Source of the DNA: Eledone cirrhosa
Lineage: Eukaryota
Direction: 5' to 3'
DNA: 64,000 nucleotides
NCBI GenBank assembly: GCA_964016885.1
Contig: OZ024753.1
Coordinates: 24,924,001-24,988,000 of the forward strand
Shown: piece by piece, positions 1 to 14,110 of the stretch
Layout of the letters: the number at the start of each line of letters is the position of its first letter
Position numbering within the stretch: position 1 is the stretch's first letter
Program-made: the position numbers and the translations under genes
The notes under the pieces: generated by a model
What the model saw: only the letters and a program-made list of their open reading frames with translations
The model's database searches: none
Told to the model about the DNA's origin: nothing

Positions 1-3000
1 CAGGATAGTAATAACTCCAGCCAAGATATAGAAACAGTATAGTAATAACTCCAACCAAGACATAGAAACAGGATAGTAATAACTCCAACCAAGACATAGA
101 AACAGGATAGTAATAACTCCAGCCAAGATATAGAAACAAGATAGTAATAACTCCAACCAAGACATAGAAACATGATAGTAATAACTCCAACCAAGATATA
201 GAAACAGGATAGTAATAACTCAAACCAAGATATAGAAACAGGATAGTAATAACTCCAACCAAGACATAGAAACAGGATAGTAATAACTCCAGCCAAGATA
301 TAGAAACAGGATAGTAATAACTCCAGTCAAGACATAGAAACATGATAGTAATAACTCCAGTCAAGACATAGAAACATGATAGTAATAACTCCAGTCAAGA
401 CATAGAAACAGGATAGTAATAACTCCAGTCAAGACATAGAAACATGATAGTAATAACTCCAACCAAGTCATAGAAACATGATAGTAATAACTCCAGTCAA
501 GACATAGAAACAGGATAGTAATAACTCCAGTCAAGACATAGAAACATTATAGTAATAACACCAACCAAGACATAGGAACAGGATAGTAATAACTCCAGTC
601 AAGACATAGAAACAGGATAGTAATAACTCCAGTCAAGACATAGAAACATGATAGTAATAACTCCAACCAAGTCATAGAAACAGGATAGTAATAACTCCAG
701 TCAAGACATAGAAACATGATAGTAATAACTCCAGTCAAGACATAGAAACAGGATAGTAATAACTCCAACCAAGATATAGAAACAGGATAGTAATAACTCC
801 AGTCAAGACATAGAAACAGGATAGTAATAACTCCAACTAAGACATAGAAACATGATAGTAATAACTCCAACCAAGATATAGAAACAGGATAGTAATAACT
901 CCAGTCAAGACATAGAAACATGATAGTAATAACTCCAGTCAAGACATAGAAACAGGATAGTAATAACTCCAACCAAGATTTAGAAACAGGATAGTAATAA
1001 CTCCAGTCAAGACATAGAAACATGATAGTAATAACTCCAGCCAAGACATAGAAACATGATAGTAATAACTCCCGCCAAGATATAGAAACATGATAGTAAT
1101 AACTCGAGTCAAGAGATAGAAACATGATAGTAATAACTCAAGTCAAGACATAGAAACATGATAGTAATAACTCCAGTCAAGATATAGAAACATGATAGTA
1201 ATAACCCCAATCAAGTTATAGAAACATGATAGTAATAACTCCAACCAAGACAGAGAAACATGATAGTAATAACTCCAACCAAAATATAGAAACAGGATAG
1301 TAATAACTCTAACCAAGACATAGAAACAGGATAGTAATAACTCCAAACTAAATATGGAAACATGATAGTAATAACTCCAATCAAGACATAGAAACAGGAT
1401 AGTAATAACTCCTACCAAGACATAGAAACAGGATAGTAATAACTCCAGCCAAGATATAGAAACAGTATAGTAATAACTCCAACCAAGACATAGAAACAGG
1501 ATAGTAATAACTCCCGCCAAGATATAGAAACATGATAGTAATAACTCCAGTCAAGAGATAGAAACATGATAGTAATAACTCCAGTCAAGACATAGAAACA
1601 TGATAGTAATAACTCCAACCAAGACATAGAAACATGATAGTAATAACTCCAACCAAACTATAGAAACATGATAGTAACAACTCCAACCAAGAAATAGAAA
1701 CATGATAGTAATAACTCCAACCAAAATATAGAAACATGATAGTAATAACTCCAACCAAGACATAGAAACATGATAGTAATAACTCCAACCAAGACATAGA
1801 AACAGGATAGTAATAACTCCAGACAAGACATAGAAACAGGATAGTAATAACTCCAGACAAGACATAGAAACATGATAGTAATAACTCCAACCAAGATATA
1901 GAAACATGATAATAATATCTCCAACCAAGACATAGAAACAGGATAGTAATAACTCCAACGAAGATATAGAAATAGGATAGTAATAACTCCAACCAAAATA
2001 TTGAAACATGATAGTAATAACTCCAACCAAGATATAGAAACATGATAGTAATAACTCCAACCAAGATATAGAAACAGGATAGTAATAACTCTAACCAAGA
2101 CATAGAAACAGGATAGTAATAACTCCAGACAAGACATAGAAACAGGATAGTAATAACTCCAGACAAGACATAGAAACAGGATAGTAATAACTCCAGACAA
2201 GACATAGAAACATGATAGTAATAACTCCAACCAAGATATAGAAACATGATAATAATATCTCCAACCAAGACATAGAAACAGGATAGTAATAGCTCCAGCA
2301 AAGACATAGAAACAGGATAGTAATAACTCCAGACAAGACTGAGAAACATGATAATAATAACTCCAACCAAGACATAGAAACATGATAGTAATAACCCCAA
2401 TCATAACATAAAAACATGATAATAATAACTTCAGTCAAGATATAGAAACATGATAGTAATAACTCCAGTCAAGATATAGAAACATGATAATAATAACTCC
2501 AGCCAAGACATAGAAACATGATAGTAATAACTCCAGCCAACACATAGAAACATGATAGTAATAACTGCCGCCAAGATATAGAAACATGATAGTAATAACT
2601 CCAGTCAAGACATAGAAACATGATAGTAATAACTCCAGTCAAGATATAGAAACATGATAGTAATAACCCCAATCAAGTTATAGAAACATGATAGTAATAA
2701 CTCCAACCAAGACATAGAAACATGATAGTAATAACTCCAACCAAAATATAGAAACAGGATAGTAATAACTCTAACCAAGATATAAAAACATGATAGTAAT
2801 AACTCCAACCAAAATATAGAAACATGATAGTAGTAACTCCAACCAAGACATAGAAACATGATAGTAATAACTCCAACCAAGACATAGAAACAGGATAGTA
2901 ATAACTCCAACCAAGATATAGAAATAGGATAGTAATAACTCCAACCAAAATATTGATACATGATAGTAATAACTCCAACCAAGACATAGAAACAGGATAG

Positions 3001-6000
3001 TAATAACTCCAACCAAGATATAGAAATAGGATAGTAATAACTCCAACCAAAATATTGAAACATGATAGTAATAACTCCAACCAAGATATAGAAACATGAT
3101 AATAATATCTCCAACCAAGACATAGAAACAGGATAGTAATAACTCCACCAAAGACATAGAAACAGGATAGTAATAACTCCAGACAAGACTGAGAAACATG
3201 ATAATAATAACTCCAACCAAGACATAGAAACATGATAGTAATAACCCAAATCATGACATAAAAACATGATAATAATAACTTCAGTCAAGATATAGAAACA
3301 TGATAGTAATAACTCCAGTCAAGATATAGAAACATGATAATAATAACTCCAGCCAAGACATAGAAACATGATAGTAATAACTCCAGCCAACACATAGAAA
3401 CATGATAGTAATAACTCCCGCCAAGATATAGAAACATGATAGTAATAACTCCAGTCAAGACATAGAAACATGATAGTAATAACTCCAGCCAAGACATAGA
3501 AACATGATAGTAATAACTCCCGCCAAGATATAGAAACATGATAGTAATAACTCGAGTCAAGAGATAGAAGCATGATAGTAATAACTCAAGTCAAGACTTA
3601 GAAACATGATAGTAATAACTCCAGTCAAGATATAGAAACATGATAGTAATAACCCCAATCAAGTTATAGAAACATGATAGTAATAACTCCAACCAAGACA
3701 GAGAAACATGATAGTAATAACTCCAACCAAAATATAGAAACAGGATAGTAATAACTCTAACCAAGACATAGAAACAGGATAGTAATAACTCCAAACTAAA
3801 TATGGAAACATGATAGTAATAACTCCAATCAAGACATAGAAACAGGATAGTCATAACTCCTACCAAGACATAGAAACAGGATAGTAATAACTCCAACCAA
3901 GACATAGAAACAGGATAGTAATAACTCCAGCCAAGATATAGAAACAGTATAGTAATAACTCCAACCAAGACATAGAAACAGGATAGTAATAACTCCAACC
4001 AAGACATAGAAACAGGATAGTAATAACTCCCGCCAAGATATAGAAACATGATAGTAATAACTCCAGTCAAGAGATAGAAACATGATAGAAATAACTCCAG
4101 TCAAGACATAGAAACATGATAGTAATAACTCCAACCAAGACATAGAAACATGATAGTAATAACTCCAACCAAAATATAGAAACATGATAGTAACAACTCC
4201 AACCAAGAAATAGAAACATGATAGTAATAACTCCAACCAAAATATAGAAACATGATAGTAATAACTCCAACCAAGACATAGAAACATGATAGTAATAACT
4301 CCAACCAAGACATAGAAACAGGATAGTAATAACTCCAACCAAGATATAGAAATAGGATAGTAATAACTCCAACCAAAATATTGAAACATGATAGTAATAA
4401 CTCCAACCAAGATATAGAAACATGATAGTAATAACTCCAACCAAGATATAGAAACAGGATAGTAATAACTCCAACCAAGACATAGAAACAGGATAGTAAT
4501 AACTCCAGACAAGACATAGAAACAGGATAGTAATAACTCCAGACAAGACATAGAAACAGGATAGTAATAACTCCAGACAAGACATAGAAACATGATAGTA
4601 ATAACTCCAACCAAGATATAGAAACATGATAATAATATCTCCAACCAAGACATAGAAACAGGATAGTAATAACTCCAGCAAAGACATAGAAGCAGGATAG
4701 TAATAACTCCAGACAAGACTGAGAAACAAGATAATAATAACTCCAACCAAGACATAGAAACATGATAGTAATAACCCCAATCATGACATAAAAACATGAT
4801 AATAATAACTTCAGTCAAGATATAGAAACATGATAGTAATAACTCCAGTCAAGATATAGAAACATGATAATAATAACTCCAGCCAAGACATAGAAACATG
4901 ATAGTAATAACTCCAGCCAACACATAGAAACATGATAGTAATAACTCCCACCAAGATATAGAAACATGATAGTAATAACTCCAGTCAAGACATAGAAACA
5001 TGATAGTAATAACTCCAGTCAAGATATAGAAACATGATAGTAATAACCCCAATCAAGTTATAGAAACATGATAGTAATAACTCCAACCAAGACATAGAAA
5101 CATGATAGTAATAACTCCAACCAAAATATAGAAACAGGATAGTAATAACTCTAACCAAGATATAGAAACATGATAGTAATAACTCCAACCAAAATATAGA
5201 AACATGATAGTAGTAACTCCAACCAAGACATAGAAACATGATAGTAATAACTCCAACCAAGACATAGAAACAGGATAGTAATAACTCCAACCAAGATATA
5301 GAAATAGGATAGTAATAACTCCAACCAAAATATTGATACATGATAGTAATAACTCCAACCAAGACATAGAAACAGGATAGTAATAACTCCAACCAAGATA
5401 TAGAAATAGGATAATAATAACTCCAACCAAAATATTGATACATGATAGTAATAACTCCAACCAAGACATAGAAACAGGATAGTAATAACTCTAACCAAGA
5501 CATAGAAACAGGATAGTAATAACTCCAAACTAAATATGGAAACATGATAGTAATAACTCCAATCAAGACATAGTTACAGGATAGTAATAACTCCTACCAA
5601 GACATAGAAACAGGATAGTCATAACTCCAACCAAGACATAGAAACAGGATAGTAATAACTCCAGCCAAGATATAGAAACAGTATAGTAATAACTCCAACC
5701 AAGACATAGAAACAGGATAGTAATAACTCCAACCAAGACATAGAAACAGTATAGTAATAACTCCAGCCAAGATATAGAAACAAGATAGTAATAACTCCAA
5801 CCAAGACATAGAAACATGATAGTAATAACTCCAACCAAGATATAGAAACAGGATAGTAATAACTCAAACCAAGATATAGAAACAGGATAGTAATAACTCC
5901 AACCAAGACATAGAAACAGGATAGTAATAACTCCAGCCAAGATATAGAAACAGGATAGTAATAACTCCAGTCAAGACATAGAAACATGATAGTAATAACT

Positions 6001-9000
6001 CCAGTCAAGACATAGAAACATGATAGTAATAACTCCAGTCAAGACATAGAAACAGGATAGTAATAACTCCAGTCAAGACATAGAAACATGATAGTAATAA
6101 CTCCAACCAAGTCATAGAAACATGATAGTAATAACTCCAGTCAAGACATAGAAACAGGATAGTAATAACTCCAGTCAAGACATAGAAACATTATAGTAAT
6201 AACTCCAGTCAAGACATAGAAACATGATAGTAATAACTCCAACCAAGTCATAGAAACAGGATAGTAATAACTCCAGTCAAGACATAGAAACATGATAGTA
6301 ATAACTCCAGTAAAGACATAGAAACAGGATAGTAATAACTCCAACCAAGATATAGAAACAGGATAGTAATAACTCCAGTCAAGACATAGAAACAGGATAG
6401 TAATAACTCCAACTAAGACATAGAAACATGATAGTAATAACTCCAACCAAGATATAGAAACAGGATAGTAATAACTCCAGTCAAGACATAGAAACATGAT
6501 AGTAATAACTCCAGTCAAGACATAGAAACAGGATAGTAATAACTCCAACCAAGATTTAGAAACAGGATAGTAATAACTCCAGTCAAGACATAGAAACATG
6601 ATAGTAATAACTCCAGCCAAGACATAGAAACATGATAGTAATAACTCCCGCCAAGATATAGAAACATGATAGTAATAACTCGAGTCAAGAGATAGAAACA
6701 TGATAGTAATAACTCAAGTCAAGACATAGAAACATGATAGTAATAACTCCAGTCAAGATATAGAAACATGATAGTAATAACCCCAATCAAGTTATAGAAA
6801 CATGATAGTAATAACTCCAACCAAGACAGAGAAACATGATAGTAATAACTCCAACCAAAATATAGAAACAGGATAGTAATAACTCTAACCAAGACATAGA
6901 AACAGGATAGTAATAACTCCAAACTAAATATGGAAACATGATAGTAATAACTCCAATCAAGACATAGAAACAGGATAGTAATAACTCCTACCAAGACATA
7001 GAAACAGGATAGTAATAACTCCAACCAAGACATAGAAACAGGATAGTAATAACTCCAGCCAAGATATAGAAACAGTATAGTAATAACTCCAACCAAGACA
7101 TAGAAACAGGATAGTAATAACTCCCGCCAAGATATAGAAACATGATAGTAATAACTCCAGTCAAGAGATAGAAACATGATAGTAATAACTCCAGTCAAGA
7201 CATAGAAACATGATAGTAATAACTCCAACCAAGACATAGAAACATGATAGTAATAACTCCAACCAAACTATAGAAACATGATAGTAACAACTCCAACCAA
7301 GAAATAGAAAAATGATAGTAATAACTCCAACCAAAATATAGAAACATGATAGTAATAACTCCAACCAAGACATAGAAACATGATAGTAATAACTCCAACC
7401 AAGACATAGAAACAGGATAGTAATAACTCCAACGAAGATATAGAAATAGGATAGTAATAACTCCAACCAAAATATTGAAACATGATAGTAATAACTCCAA
7501 CCAAGATATAGAAACATGATAGTAATAACTCCAACCAAGATATAGAAACAGGATAGTAATAACTCTAACCAAGACATAGAAACAGGATAGTAATAACTCC
7601 AGACAAGACATAGAAACAGGATAGTAATAACTCCAGACAAGACATAGAAACAGGATAGTAATAACTCCAGACAAGACATAGAAACATGATAGTAATAACT
7701 CCAACCAAGATATAGAAACATGATAATAATATCTCCAACCAAGACATAGAAACAGGATAGTAATAGCTCCAGCAAAGACATAGAAACAGGATAGTAATAA
7801 CTCCAGACAAGACTGAGAAACATGATAATAATAACTCCAACCAAGACATAGAAACATGATAGTAATAACCCCAATCATGACATAAAAACATGATAATAAT
7901 AACTTCAGTCAAGATATAGAAACATGATAGTAATAACTCCAATCAAGATATAGAAACATGATAATAATAACTCCAGCCAAGACATAGAAACATGATAGTA
8001 ATAACTCCAGCCAACACATAGAAACATGATAGTAATAACTCCCGCCAAGATATAGAAACATGATAGTAATAACTCCAGTCAAGACATAGAAACATGATAG
8101 TAATAACTCCAGTCAAGATATAGAAACATGATAGTAATAACCCCAATCAAGTTATAGAAACATGATAGTAATAACTCCAACCAAGACATAGAAACATGAT
8201 AGTAATAACTCCAACCAAAATATAGAAACAGGATAGTAATAACTCTAACCAAGATATAGAAACATGATAGTAATAACTCCAACCAAAATATAGAAACATG
8301 ATAGTAGTAACTCCAACCAAGACATAGAAACATGATAGTAATAACTCCAACCAAGACATAGAAACAGGATAGTAATAACTCCAACCAAGATATAGAAATA
8401 GGATAGTAATAACTCCAACCAAAATATTGATACATGATAGTAATAACTCCAACCAAGACATAGAAACAGGATAGTAATAACTCCAACCAAGATATAGAAA
8501 TAGGATAGTAATAACTCCAACCAAAATATTGAAACATGATAGTAATAACTCCAACCAAGATATAGAAACATGATAATAATATCTCCAACCAAGACATAGA
8601 AACAGGATAGTAATAACTCAACCAAAGACATAGAAACAGGATAGTAATAACTCCAGACAAGACTGAGAAACATGATAATAATAACTCCAACCAAGACATA
8701 GAAACATGATAGTAATAACCCAAATCATGACATAAAAACATGATAATAATAACTTCAGTCAAGATATAGAAACATGATAGTAATAACTCCAGTCAAGATA
8801 TAGAAACATGATAATAATAACTCCAGCCAAGACATAGAAACATGATAGTAATAACTCCAGCCAACACATAGAAACATGATAGTAATAACTCCAGCCAAGA
8901 CATAGAAACATGATAGTAATAACTCCCGCCAAGATATAGAAACATGATAGTAATAACTCGAGTCAAGAGATAGAAGCATGATAGTAATAACTCAAGTCAA

Positions 9001-12000
9001 GACTTAGAAACATGATAGTAATAACTCCAGTCAAGATATATAAACATGATAGTAATAACCCCAATCAAGTTATAGAAACATGATAGTAATAACTCCAACC
9101 AAGACAGAGAAACATGATAGTAATAACTCCAACCAAAATATAGAAACAGGATAGTAATAACTCTAACCAAGACATAGAAACAGGATAGTAATAACTCCAA
9201 ACTAAATATGGAAACATGATAGTAATAACTCCAATCAAGACATAGAAACAGGATAGTAATAACTCCTACCAAGACATAGAAACAGGATAATAATAACTCC
9301 AACCAAGACATAGAAACAGGATAGTAATAACTCCAGCCAAGATATAGAAACAGTATAGTAATAACTCCAACCAAGACATAGAAACAGGATAGTAATAACT
9401 CCAACCAAGACATAGAAACAGGATAGTAATAACTCCCGCCAAGATATAGAAACATGATAGTAATAACTCCAGTCAAGAGATAGAAACATGATAGAAATAA
9501 CTCCAGTCAAGACATAGAAACATGATAGTAATAACTCCAACCAAGACATAGAAACATGATAGTAATAACTCCAACCAAAATATAGAAACATGATAGTAAC
9601 AACTCCAACCAAGAAATAGAAACATGATAGTAATAACTCCAACCAAAATATAGAAACATGATAGTAATAACTCCAACCAAGACATAGAAACATGATAGTA
9701 ATAACTCCAACCAAGACATAGAAACAGGATAGTAATAACTCCAACCAAGATATAGAAATAGGATAGTAATAACTCCAACCAAAATATTGAAACATGATAG
9801 TAATAACTCCAACCAAGATATAGAAACAGGATAGTAATAACTCCAACCAAGATATAGAAACAGGATAGTAATAACTCCAACCAAGACATAGAAACAGGAT
9901 AGTAATAACTCCAGACAAGACATAGAAACAGGATAGTAATAACTCCAGACAAGACATAGAAACAGGATAGTAATAACTCCAGACAAGACATAGAATCATG
10001 ATAGTAATAACTCCAACCAAGATATAGAAACATGATAATAATATCTCCAACCAAGACATAGAAACAGGATAGTAATAACTCCAGCAAAGACATAGAAGCA
10101 GGATAGTAATAACTCCAGACAAGACTGAGAAACATGATAATAATAACTCCAACCAAGACATAGAAACATGATAGTAATAACCCCAATCATGACATAAAAA
10201 CATGATAATAATAACTTCAGTCAAGATATAGAAACATGATAGTAATAACTCCAGTCAAGATATAGAAACATGATAATAATAACTCCAGCCAAGACATAGA
10301 AACATGATAGTAATAACTCCAGCCAACACATAGAAACATGATAGTAATAACTCCCACCAAGATATAGAAACTTGATAGTAATAACTCCAGTCAAGACATA
10401 GAAACATGATAGTAATAACTCCAGTCAAGATATAGAAACATGATAGTAATAACCCCAATCAAGTTATAGAAACATGATAGTAATAACTCCAACCAAGACA
10501 TAGAAACATGATAGTAATAACTCCAACCAAAATATAGAAACAGGATAGTAATAACTCTAACCAAGATATAGAAACATGATAGTAATAACTCCAACCAAAA
10601 TATAGAAACATGATAGTAGTAACTCCAACCAAGACATAGAAACATGATAGTAATAACTCCAACCAAGACATAGAAACAGGATAGTAATAACTCCAACCAA
10701 GATATAGAAATAGGATAGTAATAACTCCAACCAAAATATTGATACATGATAGTAATAACTCCAACCAAGACATAGAAACAGGATAGTAATAACTCCAACC
10801 AAGATATAGAAATAGGATAATAATAACTCCAACCAAAATATTGATACATGATAGTAATAACTCCAACCAAGACATAGAAACAGGATAGTAATAACTCTAA
10901 CCAAGACATAGAAACAGGATAGTAATAACTCCAAACTAAATATGGAAACATGATAGTAATAACTCCAATCAAGACATAGTTACAGGATAGTAATAACTCC
11001 TACCAAGACATAGAAACAGGATAGTAATAACTCCAACCAAGACATAGAAACAGGATAGTAATAACTCCAGCCAAGATATAGAAACAGTATAGTAATAACT
11101 CCAACCAAGACATAGAAACAGGATGGTAATAACTCCAACCAAGACATAGAAACAGGATAGTAATAACTCCAGCCAAGATATAGAAACAAGATAGTAATAA
11201 CTCCAACCAAGACATAGAAACATGATAGTAATAACTCCAACCAAGATATAGAAACAGGATAGTAATAACTCAAACCAAGATATAGAAACAGGATAGTAAT
11301 AACTCCAACCAAGACATAGAAACAGGATAGTAATAACTCCAGCCAAGATATAGAAACAGGATAGTAATAACTCCAGTCAAGACATAGAAACATGATAGTA
11401 ATAACTCCAGTCAAGACATAGAAACATGATAGTAATAACTCCAGTCAAGACATAGAAACAGGATAGTAATAACTCCAGTCAAGACATAGAAACATGATAG
11501 TAATAACTCCAACCAAGTCATAGAAACATGATAGTAATAACTCCAGTCAAGACATAGAAACAGGATAGTAATAACTCCAGTCAAGACATAGAAACATTAT
11601 AGTAATAACACCAACCAAGACATAGGAACAGGATAGTAATAACTCCAGTCAAGACATAGAAACAGGATAGTAATAACTCCAGTCAAGACATAGAAACATG
11701 ATAGTAATAACTCCAACCAAGTCATAGAAACAGGATAGTAATAACTCCAGTCAAGACATAGTAACATGATAGTAATAACTCCAGTCAAGACATAGAAACA
11801 GGATAGTAATAACTCCAACCAAGATATAGAAACAGGATAGTAATAACTCCAGTCAAGACATAGAAACAGGATAGTAATAACTCCAACTAAGACATAGAAA
11901 CATGATAGTAATAACTCCAACCAAGATATAGAAACAGGATAGTAATAACTCCAGTCAAGACATAGAAACATGATAGTAATAACTCCAGTCAAGACATAGA

Positions 12001-14110
12001 AACAGGATAGTAATAACTCCAACCAAGATTTAGAAACAGGATAGTAATAACTCCAGTCAAGACATAGAAACATGATAGTAATAACTCCAGCCAAGACATA
12101 GAAACATGATAGTAATAACTCCCGCCAAGATATAGAAACATGATAGTAATAACTCGAGTCAAGAGATAGAAACATGATAGTAATAACTCAAGTCAAGACA
12201 TAGAAACATGATAGTAATAATTCCAGTCAAGATATAGAAACATGATAGTAATAACCCCAATCAAGTTATAGAAACATGATAGTAATAACTCCAACCAAGA
12301 CAGAGAAACATGATAGTAATAACTCCAACCAAAATATAGAAACAGGATAGTAATAACTCTAACCAAGACATAGAAACAGGATAGTAATAACTCCAAACTA
12401 AATATGGAAACATGATAGTAATAACTCCAATCAAGACATAGAAACAGGATAGTAATAACTCCTACCAAGACATAGAAACAGGATAGTAATAACTCCAACC
12501 AAGACATAGAAACAGGATAGTAATAACTCCAGCCAAGATATAGAAACAGTATAGTAATAACTCCAACCAAGACATAGAAACAGGATAGTAATAACTCCCG
12601 CCAAGATATAGAAACATGATAGTAATAACTCCAGTCAAGAGATAGAAACATGATAGTAATAACTCCAGTCAAGACATAGAAACATGATAGTAATAACTCC
12701 AACCAAGACATAGAAACATGATAGTAATAACGCCAACCAAACTATAGAAACATGATAGTAACAACTCCAACCAAGAAATAGAAACATGATAGTAATAACT
12801 CCAACCAAAATATAGAAACATGATAGTAATAACTCCAACCAAGACATAGAAACATGATAGTAATAACTCCAACCAAGACATAGAAACAGGATAGTAATAA
12901 CTCCAACGAAGATATAGAAATAGGATAGTAATAACTCCAACCAAAATATTGAAACATGATAGTAATAACTCCAACCAAGATATAGAAACATGATAGTAAT
13001 AACTCCAACCAAGATATAGAAACAGGATAGTAATAACTCTAACCAAGACATAGAAACAGGATAGTAATAACTCCAGACAAGACATAGAAACAGGATAGTA
13101 ATAACTCCAGACAAGACATAGAAACAGGATAGTAATAACTCCAGACAAGACATAGAAACATGATAGTAATAACTCCAACCAAGATATAGAAACATGATAA
13201 TAATATCTCCAACCAAGACATAGAAACAAGATAGTAATAGCTCCAGCAAAGACATAGAAACAGGATAGTAATAACTCCAGACAAGACTGAGAAACATGAT
13301 AATAATAACTCCAACCAAGACATAGAAACATGATAGTAATAACCCCAATCATGACATAAAAACATGATAATAATAACTTCAGTCAAGATATAGAAACATG
13401 ATAGTAATAACTCCAGTCAAGATATAGAAACATGATAATAATAACTCCAGCCAAGACATAGAAACATGATAGTAAAAACTCCAGCCAACACATAGAAACA
13501 TGATAGTAATAACTCCCGCCAAGATATAGAAACATGATAGTAATAACTCCAGTCAAGACATAGAAACATGATAGTAATAACTCCAGTCAAGATATAGAAA
13601 CATGATAGTAATAACCCCAATCAAGTTATAGAAACATGATAGTAATAACTCCAACCAAGACATAGAAACATGATAGTAATAACTCCAACCAAAATATAGA
13701 AACAGGATAGTAATAACTCTAACCAAGATATAGAAACATGATAGTAATAACTCCAACCAAAATATAGAAACATGATAGTAGTAACTCCAACCAAGACATA
13801 GAAACATGATAGTAATAACTCCAACCAAGACATAGAAACAGGATAGTAATAACTCCAACCAAGATATAGAAATAGGATAGTAATAACTCCAACCAAAATA
13901 TTGATACATGATAGTAATAACTCCAACCAAGACATAGAAACAGGATAGTAATAACTCCAACCAAGATATAGAAATAGGATAGTAATAACTCCAACCAAAA
14001 TATTGAAACATGATAGTAATAACTCCAACCAAGATATAGAAACATGATAATAATATCTCCAACCAAGACATAGAAACAGGATAGTAATAACTCCACCAAA
14101 GACATAGAAA
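1..14110. repeat. Higher-order repeat of ~5.4-5.6 kb: copy 1 1-5644 (166 monomers), copy 2 5645-11050 (159 monomers), partial copy 3 11051-~14110
   Basis: The same series of variant monomers restarts at 1, 5645 and 11051. Matching ORF-track entries are offset by 5406 (3829/9235, 4985/10391), 5474 (2605/8079, 7161/12635) and 11050 (547/11597), all multiples of 34. Confidence 0.9.

Noticed and set aside
1-34. Monomer derived from a 2 x 17-bp dimer
   Set aside because: The two halves of the consensus match at only 7 of 17 positions, which is unconvincing for a sequence that is 50% A.
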